A stretch of DNA of 64,000 nt, from positions 2,248-66,247 of the forward strand of contig CAZAYY010000001.1 of NCBI GenBank assembly GCA_964489525.1, in the 5' to 3' direction. The translations under genes were made by a program, and so were the position numbers. Below are positions 18,001 through 24,941 of this stretch, one piece after another. How positions within the stretch are numbered: position 1 is the first letter of the stretch; every line of letters begins with the position of its first letter. This DNA comes from an uncultured Anaerolineales bacterium. Lineage in GTDB: Bacteria > Chloroflexota > Anaerolineae > Anaerolineales > JABWBV01. The notes beneath the pieces were generated by a model that saw only the letters and a list, made by a program, of their open reading frames with translations, searched no databases and was not told the DNA's origin.

Positions 18001-19337
18001 GCCCCAAGGGCTTCCCAGGTTGTGCCGTTCCAAAAGGCAATGTTGAGCGCATCGGTGAGCACATCCTGGTAATAACTGCCGCCGGCATACACCAGTCCAT
18101 CCGAGTCAGCGGCCAGGGCATAAACATATGAATACAACCCCTGGTTGCTGCCGACGGCAGACCAGCTTTCGCCATTCCAGGCGGCAATGTAGCCTGCCTC
18201 GATGCCGCCAGCCTGGGTGAAATCACCACCGGCGTAAATGACTCCAGAAAATTCCGCTATACTGAACACCGCTGGGGCGCCAACGTCCACGCCAACCCCC
18301 AGGGCGTGCCAGTTGGAGCCATCCCAGCGGGCAATTCGCCCGGCGAAAGTCCCACTCGCATTGGTAAAATAGCCGCCTGCGTACAGGTCTTCTTCTATAT
18401 AAAACAGCGTAAGCACAGTGGAATTAACCCCCTCCCCGAGGGGCTGCCAGGTTTCGCCATTCCAGTGCGCCACAAAATTCACGGGCGTTTCTCCGATTTG
18501 CGTGAATGAGCCTCCCGCATACAATCCCCCATACAAATCTCTTTCCAGAGCAAACACGGCGCTGCTGGGGCTGCCAATAGAAGACCAGCTCTCGCCATCC
18601 CATCGGGCCAGGTTGGCAATGCTTTGCCCGTCTACCTCGCTGAAAGTCCCGCCGGCATACAGGGTATCGCCAATCGTTTCCAGCGCCAGCACATCCGGGC
18701 TGCCGCCAGCCGTGCCCGTCCCCAGGGCCGACCAGGTTGCCCCATCCCACTTTGCGATGTGGTTTACAGTTAAATCCCCTACCGTCGTGAACGCACCCCC
18801 TGCGTAGACATTTCCAGCCCCATCCACAGCCACAGCCCAGATGTGGCTGTTAAAACCATCCCCAAGCCGAAGCCAGTTTGTTCCATCCCAACGCTGGATG
18901 CAGGCAAAAAACCCGCCGCAAGGTGAACCATACGCGCCTACATAAAGAAAATCATCTTCGTCTACAGCCAGGGCCTGAATTTCATATTCTGAAGAATGAT
19001 CCAGCGGCCGCCAGGTTGTGCCGTCGTAGCTCGCCAGGTACTGGGCAGGCGCACCGCCTGCCAGGCTAAACCTGCCGGCCACATAAAGGTGTGTGCTCGA
19101 AGCGGCCAGGGCATGAACTGTGTAATTTACGCCAGAACGGCCAAATTCCGCACTCCAATACGGGTCTTCAGCCGTACGGAATCCACCGGCATCTCCTCCG
19201 GATGGCGCTGCATTTGCAGAGACAGCCGAAGCCGCCCAGGCGTTAACCCCTTTGGCAAGGGCAGCGATAAACAGCAGCAGTAAGATAGACTGAATGGCTT
19301 TTTGCCAGGGCCAGGATGGGATGTTGGTTTTAGCCAT
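9006..19337 (-). CDS. giant (3443-aa) secreted multidomain protein: beta-propeller repeats, Pro/Thr linker, CnaB/SdrD-B, Calx-beta, and a long unassigned C-terminal region
   Basis: I moved the start from the track ATG at 19520 to the ATG at 19337 (GGAGG 8 nt upstream). This gives the signal peptide MAKTNIPSWPWQKAIQSILLLLFIAALAKGVNAWA. Visible elements: 13-14 tandem ~47-aa repeats; a PT linker; two CnaB-type modules (AWEDANADGVRQ... and AWEDLNQNGLQDPGEPGIAGV..., each with G.Y.F..L.PGSY); and one Calx-beta (GQDFTPISGTLTFNLGETTQTIPIQLLDD, about 15561-15800). The remaining ~2000 residues (about 9006-15000) match nothing I recognise. Confidence 0.85.
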   Translation of the reverse strand: MAKTNIPSWPWQKAIQSILLLLFIAALAKGVNAWAASAVSANAAPSGGDAGGFRTAEDPYWSAEFGRSGVNYTVHALAASSTHLYVAGRFSLAGGAPAQYLASYDGTTWRPLDHSSEYEIQALAVDEDDFLYVGAYGSPCGGFFACIQRWDGTNWLRLGDGFNSHIWAVAVDGAGNVYAGGAFTTVGDLTVNHIAKWDGATWSALGTGTAGGSPDVLALETIGDTLYAGGTFSEVDGQSIANLARWDGESWSSIGSPSSAVFALERDLYGGLYAGGSFTQIGETPVNFVAHWNGETWQPLGEGVNSTVLTLFYIEEDLYAGGYFTNASGTFAGRIARWDGSNWHALGVGVDVGAPAVFSIAEFSGVIYAGGDFTQAGGIEAGYIAAWNGESWSAVGSNQGLYSYVYALAADSDGLVYAGGSYYQDVLTDALNIAFWNGTTWEALGAGVNHTVYALAIGSDYNLYAGGSFWQAGEVSAYGIAGWNGSNWFPLADGVDGTVYALAAAPGSLYAGGDFSNASGQGALFVARWDGDSWHALGDGMNGSVRALAYDDGILYAAGDFTHAGGVLVNHIARWDGTAWSAMGAGMDAPVYALAVDGFGNLYAGGGFSSAGRASTGRIAKWNGSSWSSLGTGIETGEVFALAADNLGYLYAFGIFTSAGGTPVQNAARWDGTEWMPLGSGLADGEPKAAILHQAGPVYDLWAAGYFRLAGGKPSLYIGRYSPGEPPPPQPSPTPTSLATATNTQTATPTSTNTQTATPTSTNTPTATPTSTKTHTPTSTHTATPTSTTTQTATPTPTNTQPPTATFTPTSTGTPSQTPTPTGTFLPVHLVIAQQPSVPVVLVNSPISVTIVVTNSGSVNLENLFVSAFGEETNTFPISECTQALGNLAAGASKTYTCGFVVGAASFLLHTEASAHQLGSPGNLASDAAISSIQVVQPAGLGGMAWEDANADGVRQESAPLASLAVSLFRQGEFLTQTLTLANGAYRFEGLLPGSYQVVFDQPFDAQYSPQDQGANDALDSDADPTNGRTAAIALAAGQNALAWDAGFYKPSSVGDRAWEDLNQNGLQDPGEPGIAGVTLLLLPPDEATPLDSVSTGANGEYLFSGLKPGSYRIEVLKPTGYTFTLQDQGADEALDSDVNPATWRTAAFTLANGQAQAGIDAGMYQNTVGFETETTSVVETNGVLNLPVRLAFPASSQVTVQYTTTLASSSASAGQDFTPISGTLTFNLGETTQTIPIQLLDDTANENEEVILVTLYNPSAVPSAHARLGLANHSVIIRDNDLPPGTPLVSACNVALDAKPGTKTVSIQDIQLAAGRVGLVPLRPEHDLNQNGLVEVEEVTTLATAWRAPCDARNLLWAQDTVEGYRWVLLRWRWEAFGLPADHTGPGSEFVIYRRAPGGQNFVAIGETRMVTSPSDLEGFLSQWPNMLNQIRVDLALDPSQPLSVEDIYDILLAEPGRASALADQYYQAAMALGLAFIDGDAPPGDVEYFVSPKDQAWLIIGPVTVPAGASLSAPANLREAAIFDGPSELGKPNSLRPFTAGERYDWDSAQADRRAHGSVYLVWDMPSPSASQPAVGGYAIYRNGPATGSSWEWVNPPLEAMSGFRPIRPGTPQDLEDPDGRYFVEDNLFNAYPAAFPGLLFGGYEYRVCPLDLLGKPGPCSDVAAAVRDLDPPAAAPPLEALAAPDHSLLTLTLVYSDALETSLPLRAFFVRSPTPTLTATLWTELTPGGVPLPVVASHRVSPTVTLSITDTPPLGQVFWYSVQLRDNAGNWSPAAPPVQAGLYPRTAPAFSPNTNGWADCSDKPPLALAGLTPGLVMLNVYRAFEPGADFTPGGSLADFQLIRRLEIQNGQVTFSEDYVAPYPANLYYRFEAVDAYGNVTPLVPAENQPPYCDTSNPGTPPQAPAWNGENYHSQNPDTLVWEVDLDLVGSAAGLERREVKVYRASEGILQVQSSTVSVQPGDTPTLSARDGETLEVEIYNTNLNGQSRSQFVLLRNPNNFLGTHRHLTQAGQLLGLEWDAGATPAVNVYFSGFQMEDVQPGSLQPWVALFRQGEGQNWMQVTPVQPITLTQGTFGPGGMFTNTWVIVDTSDPSPEQAYNYMALAFSPLSWEVLGYWESLNIGPRDAPEPVYLSAPLPPGPSVACSYTEIPAGGDLPARIELAHGWYILMSAYREYNPACGITVSLDNLHGRGMLRTSGLDAFPTDVLNVGVTFQDGQWIHTSGRIVTTLDVYKEAPAEFQQYLGHIEFTPGLAKIEVLLGLPHNIKVVESTTTGWRSSQVFAVFFNALPDFSYEPLFDLAGYEIVDENLPWRISSPQGLSIGAGQASLGGQATTVSRLVYTPVAVPAPLNPTLALPDNNLAFMRPVYTSPNVVVSKLGLQGAFTTTQAVAYNTSLPGAVVVMASGASLEIAESQVLDGLLFDAALSLDYQAIGTDLSYLVKEGYYPAWRAGVPPVYTTLQTGLADLPVLPGGILAGSVSFSPAGLAWLEGMAVDTNRPEVAASFYAAGATYAENGWPRLAPWAPAPAENAWRSLEATAPAYASLEPGFNIQAQHSAVEYPCAEPALFNDVDFDLYVRRGGVSGLVHFHADSYGAIRYRGYELSISQLDLVFLDNTLVDPTTGLFSLRLPYPTNASFEWVLDGVNSFSMDACPARGEIGSAGPVLHQYWNFLEYPDHAEFVPTSQTSYPQDYQSSFGEPLPAAFTHVLELQGKAYINGLGQNPTTLAEASRPVSITLHSQWLPDGDYGDILALPTGASNQQLPDYLRVSGVAFALRDIKLSRYYARPLDHTSLPSTLGLAQAANLVPFSPALLDADGVLTGASLKACAARQVFGCGLVVVDGNGAVSFFGEVEPDPSARAADDAGVLPYVADSLLSKWPVYSSMPISIGGAAGIVTQIVQGAGVVVGSAKNPALSLALPLINGVISKFLPVKFMANTSGGALVGLFKDFSVLPLSGLEVVKSDIAVVAEINFDSSAGFVGDFGIFFGYAASQAAFRALALHDFTILNPNDWSLVSKRTADWASDFNYGGWDRNPNNQNDPVDLASVIWSKWIKQSGGQSTSLSYKEAYAVLEPVVLALKGKESYGITGLSTGSLLSNAGVKFNTGMGQIIFEKAGKDYRLVSLAFGSQVDVSVSNQTLVNADWLSLQINRDGEILIIGKNVSTGLTGDFKIKADFALLIGTKAGYERIEGSLALKDLTISELKFRYIGAVFGAGQYNYEPMFYLGLRGEGTFSGYTVGAALLFGKINPTSAVLREAGFKDLLDKIGADNGKSASAAPPGLFTGVYVAVWGNFPIYNIRPCTVIVAASGEVRFWYFEPSGGSDPIYGGYLRASVYGTGLCLISARGEVTLVIEHIRQSGKSQGGRTCDTAEGCTAFTGDLWLGVGLGFCEPETWVGWDNRWWNDGGCWNTGAQVKLTYLNDPDDPGDDVAEPWKATFTIEVE
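16865..17165 (-). repeat. imperfect 30-nt tandem repeat encoding a Pro/Thr-rich linker
   Basis: It encodes PPPPQPSPTPTSLATATNTQTATPTSTNTQTATPTSTNTPTATPTSTKTHTPTSTHTATPTSTTTQTATPTPTNTQPPTATFTPTSTGTPSQTPTPTG. The unit is about TATPTSTNTQ. Confidence 0.8.
17210..19223 (-). repeat. 13-14 tandem beta-propeller-type repeats inside the giant CDS (protein-level repeat)
   Basis: The consensus read from the translation is V[YF]ALA(x4-6)LYAGGxFxxxGGxxxxxIAxWDGxxWxxLGxG, e.g. VYALAVDGFGNLYAGGGFSSAGRASTGRIAKWNGSSWSSLGTG. Confidence 0.75.
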
Positions 19338-19682
19338 CACTTTATCCTCCACAATTCCCACGAAAGACGCAGATTCCAGGCACCACAGTATCCATGCATT
19401 TTTCAGCATGGCGGTGATTTCTGGCAAATCTCCAGGAAAACCAGGCGAGGGTATGTTGGGGTGGAGAAGAAATCGAGTTGACAGCAAAAGCGCCCGGCAC
19501 CGCCAGGCTTTTTTATTCACCCATTACCAGGCAGATTTCCCCTGGCGGGCCTGATCTTCCAAACAAAAAAAACGTGGCGGTTTTTTGGCAATCGCAAGCG
19601 GGTTGCCCTTGGGTTTAACACCCCCCGTCCTTCCTACCGCCAGGGCAGCCTCACCGGCGAACGCTTTCTTTAATTATTTAAA

Positions 19683-19711
19683 GTGTAGACCTTTTAGAGG
19701 GCGGCGTCAAG
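19683..19711 (-). promoter_or_regulatory. candidate sigma70-type promoter for the giant gene
   Basis: The minus strand reads TTGACG, then 17 nt, then TACACT. Use of this promoter would imply a 5' leader of about 340 nt before the ATG at 19337. Confidence 0.3.
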
Positions 19712-19894
19712 CGGCTTTGATAGCGTAATCGCATCTTATCCAACCAAGAGTTTGAGGAGATCATCCACATTCCAACCGCACTATTCATGACATAGTTGTC
19801 ATTCCATCATCAATTGATGTTAGGGTTATGTCCGAGTCTCGCAGTGACAATAGGTAGAGCGTTACCCGATTTTATACACTCATTTTTTACTCTC

Positions 19895-22800
19895 TTATCG
19901 CCGGATGAGGGGTATATAGACGAGGAAGCCGTGATACTCATAGACGCCCAGATCTATGACGGCATCTACAATCCGGGCGTTGCCGTCCAGGTCGGTGGGG
20001 CTGGGATTGAAAGCGTTCTGCCCCAGATTGAGTGCAGGAGAGGTGTTTTGTAGCCGGTAATTGCCCGAGGTGGTGGGGGTGGCAAAGGGGCTGGCCTGGA
20101 AGAAAAAAAGCGGATCGGCATCGGCCAAGTTGCTGCCGTTGTCCGTACCGCAGGCGGGGTTCCATACCCCGTCAGGTTTGCAGCCGCTCACCAGGCTGAA
20201 GGTAAAGGTGGGGGTGGAACTATCTTGGTTGGCAACTTGCGACCCGATAGTTGCCAGGTTGCCCCAGATAAGACTGTTCCGGATCAACGGGTTGCTGGCA
20301 CTGCGATTGAATATCCCGCCCCCTGTCCCCGCACGGTTGCCGGAGAAGGTTACATTGGTCAGGGTGGGACTGCTGTCTGTGTTGTACATCCCCGCTCCAA
20401 AGGTTGCATGATTGCCCGAGAAGAGTACTCCCACGAGGATGGGATTGCTGGAGTTGTTCTGGATCCCTCCGCCGAGGTCGGCCTGGTTGCCGGTAAATGT
20501 GGTGTTGACCAGGCTCGGGTTGCTTTCTGAGTTGAACATTCCACCACCAAACCACGCCTTGTTGCCGGAGAATGTCGTGTAGGTTAACAGGGGATTGCTT
20601 TCTTCGTTGAACATCCCACCCCCATTGAATGCGGCGCTGTTGTTTGCAATGGTAACGTCCGACAGGGTAGGGTTCGCAGAGAAGATGTTGTATATCCCGG
20701 CACCGTATTGGGCAGAGTTGTTGGAAATGAGTACGGTGAAAAGGAGGGGGCTGCTGTACCAGTTCCAGATCCCGCCGCCTTCCAAGCCGGCTTTATTGCC
20801 CGAAAAGGTCGTGTGGGTCAGGAGGGGGCTGCTTTCTTCGTTAGCTAACCCACCACCCAGGTAAACTGACTCGTTGCCGATGAAAGCCGAGTCGGTCAGC
20901 GTCAGATCGCTCGCATAAGTGTACATCCCGCCACCGGCTTGGCCCGCGTGGTTACCGGTGAAAGTGGCATAAGTAATGCTTGGGCTGCTGTTATCGCTGG
21001 CCATCCCTCCACCAGAGCTGTTAGCCCGGTTACCCGTGAAGGTAATATGAGCAATGGTCGGGCTGCTGCCACCAAGGGTGACCATTCCACCGCCAACAAC
21101 TGCCTGGTTGCCAGAGAAAGCCAGGTTTACCAGCACCGGGCTGCCCGAAACGATATATAAGCCTCCGCCGCAGTGAGGACCGCAAGGCGCTACGAAGCTT
21201 AAAGTTGCCATCCCGCCCGTGATGGTGAAGCCATCCAGCACCGCACTACTATCCGTCCCGCTGCCGGTGACTACGTGATGGGCGTTATTTCCGGACATAT
21301 ATTCTGTGTCGGTAATCACTCCATAGGAATCGGTGGTATCGTTCTGGTAAAGGTCGCCGCTCAAGACAGTGAGGTTGGCTGTCCAATTGCGTTGGGTGCG
21401 TTGGGTTTCGGTGCCAACAAAACCACCGTAAATTCTCACTCCGTTTTTGAGGGCAAAAGTGCTGGTGAGCAGGTCATCCGTTTGGTCGAAGCCTTCGTCG
21501 GGGTAATAAACGCCTGCAGCCACCCAGATTTCACAGCTTTCGACGACAGCCAGGGCATTTTGCAGTTTAGGGAACGCGCTGGGCCAATCCTGGCCGATGG
21601 CGGCACCAGCAGCATCCACATCCACAAATAAAACGCCTCCCGCCGGGCATAACAAAACCTGATACTCATAAGCACCTAGGTCAATGATGGCATTTGCAAT
21701 GCGCGGATTGGTGTCCAGGTCGGTAACGGTAGTATTGAAGGCATTATTCCCCACGTTGAGCGCAGGGGAATTCTTTTGCAGCCGGTAGTCGCCCGATGTG
21801 GTTGGGGCGCTGACTGCGCTGACAGGGGTGACAAAGAGCGGATCGGCATCTGTCCGGTTATTGCCGCCGTCCGTACCGCATTTTAAAGTATCCCATAAGC
21901 CACTGGGGCTGCATCCCTGCACAAGGCTGTAAGAATAGGTGGGGGTAGAAGAACCCAAGATGAGATTCTCCGGGCCGATAGTTGCGCTGTTGCCCCAAAA
22001 GATGCTGTTCCGGATGATTGGGTAGCTGAATTCAGCGTTGAACAATCCGCCACCGTACTGCGCTTGGTTGCCAGAGATGGTGGCATTGGTCAATACCAGG
22101 GTGCTACTCTGGCTGTTAAGAATCGCACCGCCAGATTGGCTGGCCTGGTTGCCGAAAAAAACAACATTGGTGATATTTGGGCTGGAGGAGTAGTTGTACA
22201 GCCCGCCACCGTCCAAGGCGTGGTTGTCAGAAAAGGAAACGTTGATTATGGTTGGATTGGAGCCGATGTTGTACATTCCGCCACCAGCAGAGGCTTTGTT
22301 CCCAGTGAAAGCGGAGTTCGTGATGGTTGGGCTGCCGCCGCTGTTGGTCATTCCGCCGCCGGAGCTGTGTTGGGCTGATTCAGTCGCCAGGCCGGCAGTG
22401 ATGGTGAAGCCATCGAGTACCGCAGTGTTATTTGTCCCGCTGCCAGTAGTGACGTGGTAGGCGTTGCTGCCAGTGGGGCTGCCGGCGTCATTACCATCCA
22501 GGTCGCCGTTCAAGATGGTGGGCTGGGTAACCCAGTTTCTCTGGCTGAGCTGGATTTCGGTCCCGGCAAAGCCGCCGTAGAGGGCAACGCCGTTCAGGAG
22601 GGCAAAGGTGCTGGTGCGCAAATTGTCAATTTGGCCGGCACCAATGTCGGGATAGTAAACACCGGCGGCCACCCAAATCTGTTGGTTGGCGGCTGGGCAG
22701 GCAGCAGCCTGTGCCAGGGCATCTTGCAGGCCGGTGTAGGCGTTAGCCCAGTCTGCACCATTATTGGCGCCAACGGCTGCGGCTTTCACATAGATCGGGG

Positions 22801-22954
22801 TAAAGGAACTGCAGATGGCAGAAGTGGGGGCCGGTCGGCTCATGGCCAGGGAGAACACGAGGGCGAGTATGACCGTGACGCTCTTGATTAACAAGGGGGG
22901 GTGGAAATAATGGGAAAGTAAAGACAGCATGGACTTCTCCTGTGATGGACGCAT
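19895..22954 (-). CDS. secreted right-handed beta-helix (PbH1 / polymorphic-membrane-protein-type) protein made of two tandem paralogous modules, with the C-terminal VYIPLIRR tail
   Basis: 1019 aa with a hydrophobic N-terminal signal/anchor. The head IWVAAGVYYPD...TSTFAL.NGV..YGGF.GTE.Q..QRNW occurs twice. Both modules carry many G-G-G/N-rich beta-helix rungs (GGGMYN, GGGLFN, and similar). Both end in a choice-of-anchor-Q-like segment (DADPLF...TTSG.YRLQ..SPALN.G.NAFN....DLD.N.RI..A.IDLG.YEY). Confidence 0.75.
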   Translation of the reverse strand: MRPSQEKSMLSLLSHYFHPPLLIKSVTVILALVFSLAMSRPAPTSAICSSFTPIYVKAAAVGANNGADWANAYTGLQDALAQAAACPAANQQIWVAAGVYYPDIGAGQIDNLRTSTFALLNGVALYGGFAGTEIQLSQRNWVTQPTILNGDLDGNDAGSPTGSNAYHVTTGSGTNNTAVLDGFTITAGLATESAQHSSGGGMTNSGGSPTITNSAFTGNKASAGGGMYNIGSNPTIINVSFSDNHALDGGGLYNYSSSPNITNVVFFGNQASQSGGAILNSQSSTLVLTNATISGNQAQYGGGLFNAEFSYPIIRNSIFWGNSATIGPENLILGSSTPTYSYSLVQGCSPSGLWDTLKCGTDGGNNRTDADPLFVTPVSAVSAPTTSGDYRLQKNSPALNVGNNAFNTTVTDLDTNPRIANAIIDLGAYEYQVLLCPAGGVLFVDVDAAGAAIGQDWPSAFPKLQNALAVVESCEIWVAAGVYYPDEGFDQTDDLLTSTFALKNGVRIYGGFVGTETQRTQRNWTANLTVLSGDLYQNDTTDSYGVITDTEYMSGNNAHHVVTGSGTDSSAVLDGFTITGGMATLSFVAPCGPHCGGGLYIVSGSPVLVNLAFSGNQAVVGGGMVTLGGSSPTIAHITFTGNRANSSGGGMASDNSSPSITYATFTGNHAGQAGGGMYTYASDLTLTDSAFIGNESVYLGGGLANEESSPLLTHTTFSGNKAGLEGGGIWNWYSSPLLFTVLISNNSAQYGAGIYNIFSANPTLSDVTIANNSAAFNGGGMFNEESNPLLTYTTFSGNKAWFGGGMFNSESNPSLVNTTFTGNQADLGGGIQNNSSNPILVGVLFSGNHATFGAGMYNTDSSPTLTNVTFSGNRAGTGGGIFNRSASNPLIRNSLIWGNLATIGSQVANQDSSTPTFTFSLVSGCKPDGVWNPACGTDNGSNLADADPLFFFQASPFATPTTSGNYRLQNTSPALNLGQNAFNPSPTDLDGNARIVDAVIDLGVYEYHGFLVYIPLIRR

Positions 22955-23176
22955 AAGGGAAAAACCACAGCGACCTTCGCAGGATGAAGGGGTTTGGATA
23001 CTGTGTAATCTCCAGGGGTTCTTTGAAGTGTGTGGACCGCTAAAGGGTTAAAAAGGAGTATATCATAGGCGAGAGGAGTGGGAAGATTCTTTAAATTCCC
23101 CCTTTTGCAAACTTGGTGAAATCTCTTGTGCAGTGCCCGTAAAACAGTGCATGACGCGCCAGAATAATCACGAAAT

Positions 23177-23275
23177 ACTTGACCGGCAGCTTTTCTTCGT
23201 AGAGGTGCAAAATCCCGCGGAGAAGCTTTTGTTTGTTAATCAACAGGTAAGCAGTATGGATACTCCAACCCCTCG
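23177..23275 (+). repeat. copy 1 of a ~98-nt direct repeat (partner at 50927-51024)
   Basis: It shares identical runs of 34 nt (23192-23225 = 50941-50974) and 25 nt (23227-23251 = 50976-51000), plus ATGGATACTCC. By eye, roughly nine of ten positions are identical across the repeat. Confidence 0.8.
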
Positions 23276-23404
23276 AAAAAATTCGCTTTCCAGCCGCAAT
23301 CAGGTGGGGCAGCACTGGCGAGGTGACCAGCCCATTCGCCACACTCAGAGGGGTCTTTAAAAATGGCCTTATCGGCGGTGGGCGCAGGCTGCTCCGCTCT
23401 GCCA

Positions 23405-23674
23405 GTTCTTTGGTGTAGCGCGGTTCAGCGTACTGGATGACCGCATACCCACCAATAATCAGGTATCTAACGTTGTTGGCGTTGAAAAGACTCAACAGAT
23501 CGCTGAAGTCGGAGTTGGCGAACATCGTGGCCTTTTACGCTCCAGGCGTGTACTACCAGTTCCCAGGCAGCCTTGAACCGCTCATTGGTGGGCTGGGACT
23601 GCCAAAACTTTCAGCTCAAATGACCTATCCAGGTCAGCGAGCTTGCCCTTGCGTTCAGAGAAAATTTTATCCAT
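23405..23674 (-). pseudogene. decayed two-gene module: frame-broken small ORF plus the N-terminal ~40 codons of a nucleotidyltransferase
   Basis: The small ORF MDKIFSERKGKLADLDRSFELKVLAVPAHQ* (23674-23582) continues in another frame as PTNERFKAAWELVVHAWSVKG. The ATG at 23525 then gives MFANSDFSDLLSLFNANNVRYLIIGGYAVIQYAEPRYTKEL, an NTase-type N-terminus. Similarity is lost after that, and the rest of the 144-aa track ORF is antisense to repeat copy 1. Confidence 0.45.
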
Positions 23675-23954
23675 AGCTTGATTATTCTTTCAGCAGAGAA
23701 TTTAATTTTTCTGAAATAACCCAAATGGCTGTAATAAGTCACGATCTGTATGAGTAATTATTTTTGATGCGGTAGATTGAGACATCAGGCAAGGTCTTTT
23801 TAATCTAATTATGAACCATGAGATGTCGCCTGCCAATATTGAGCAACACCTGGAACATCTCGTCGCGAACGGGTTCGCCAGTTCTGTTGACCAGTATATT
23901 GCCAACTACAACCCAGGCTGTCTTGCTTATCTAGAATCACTTTTAGTGATTTAC

Positions 23955-24917
23955 CTAGTTGGGCGGGCCAAATACTTCTGGTGGAAAGAAAAATTGGGTC
24001 ATGGCCTGTACGACCGGTTCTTTTGGCCCAACGCTGTCGGCAAATTCGGGCCAGAGTTCTGTCATGGAAAAGGAGTATAGATGGGTGTTGAGGCAGCGGC
24101 GGGCAAAGTGCGGCGGCAGTTGCCCATCAGGAAAAAATGCTTGCAAACAGCGCCGCATGGCCTCCTGGTCCTGGTTTATCGTCCAGAACCAATGAAAAGC
24201 GATATCCCATTCCGCAGGGCCCAGCATGGCCTCCGCCCAATCAATAAAACCTGTAATCTTTGCTTCACCTGCCTGGCGAGCGACGTAAATGTGGGCGTGC
24301 GAGAAATCGGAGTGGGTCAATACCAGGGGTTGGGTCAGGAATTCGCGCGCTTCTCCGTTCATGTGATCGAGCAAGGCCTCTCGCTGGCGCAGGGATAAGC
24401 GCTCAGCAGCCTGGATTTGCGCATTTCGTTCTGCCAGCATGGCAGCCGCATATTCGTACCGTCCGCCAAATCGTGCTTCCACGTGTGCCAGCGTTTCCTG
24501 TGGCAGTGGGTGAACTGCCGCAGTGATGGTTCCAATTTCGTGAGCAATTTTCAATTGCTCCGGGCGGGTCAGTGTTTGCCAGGTGTGCTGCAAAGTTGCT
24601 CCGGCAATCTCAGTCATAATCAGATAGGGCGGCAGTTGCGAACGCTCTCTCGCAGCAATAAAACGCGGGGCGGGAATAGCCGGATTTTTGGACAGGGTTT
24701 GCAGAACATTCGATTCGACGTGGAACTGGCGCTCAGAATTTGGCCCATAAAGTTTGAGACAGCGTTGGCTTCCGATCCGAAAAACGGCGTTATTGCGATT
24801 CACATCGGAACCGGAGAATTTTTGTTCCCAGGTTGTAATCATTTCAATCTCGCCATGTGCCACGTTCGCATCGTTGCAGCAGGCTGTCGCCAGGTCTGTC
24901 CAATCTTTTGAGTTCAT
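23955..24917 (-). CDS. aminoglycoside/choline-kinase (APH)-family phosphotransferase
   Basis: The catalytic loop reads LTHSDFSHAHIYV (an H.D....N-type motif with His in the Asn position). The metal-binding segment reads ITGFIDWAEAMLGPAEWD. The start is only 24 nt downstream of the stop of the 2315-aa gene. Confidence 0.7.
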   Translation of the reverse strand: MNSKDWTDLATACCNDANVAHGEIEMITTWEQKFSGSDVNRNNAVFRIGSQRCLKLYGPNSERQFHVESNVLQTLSKNPAIPAPRFIAARERSQLPPYLIMTEIAGATLQHTWQTLTRPEQLKIAHEIGTITAAVHPLPQETLAHVEARFGGRYEYAAAMLAERNAQIQAAERLSLRQREALLDHMNGEAREFLTQPLVLTHSDFSHAHIYVARQAGEAKITGFIDWAEAMLGPAEWDIAFHWFWTINQDQEAMRRCLQAFFPDGQLPPHFARRCLNTHLYSFSMTELWPEFADSVGPKEPVVQAMTQFFFPPEVFGPPN

Positions 24918-24941
24918 CGTTTGGCTCCTATCATTGATGCT

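Noticed and set aside
19338-19520. N-terminal 61-codon extension of the giant ORF (track start at 19520)
   Set aside because: The extension (MNKKAWRCRALLLSTRF…) is not signal-peptide-like. The internal ATG at 19337 has a GGAGG SD sequence and yields a canonical signal peptide.
23091-23525. 144-aa minus-strand ORF taken at face value
   Set aside because: Only the first ~40 codons look like a real (nucleotidyltransferase) protein. The remainder is antisense to the 98-nt repeat and has no homology-like features. I treat it as a truncated pseudogene.
23811-24080. 89-aa plus-strand ORF
   Set aside because: It overlaps the 3' end of the APH-family gene on the opposite strand. It has no motif or SD sequence, and only its first ~45 codons are intergenic.
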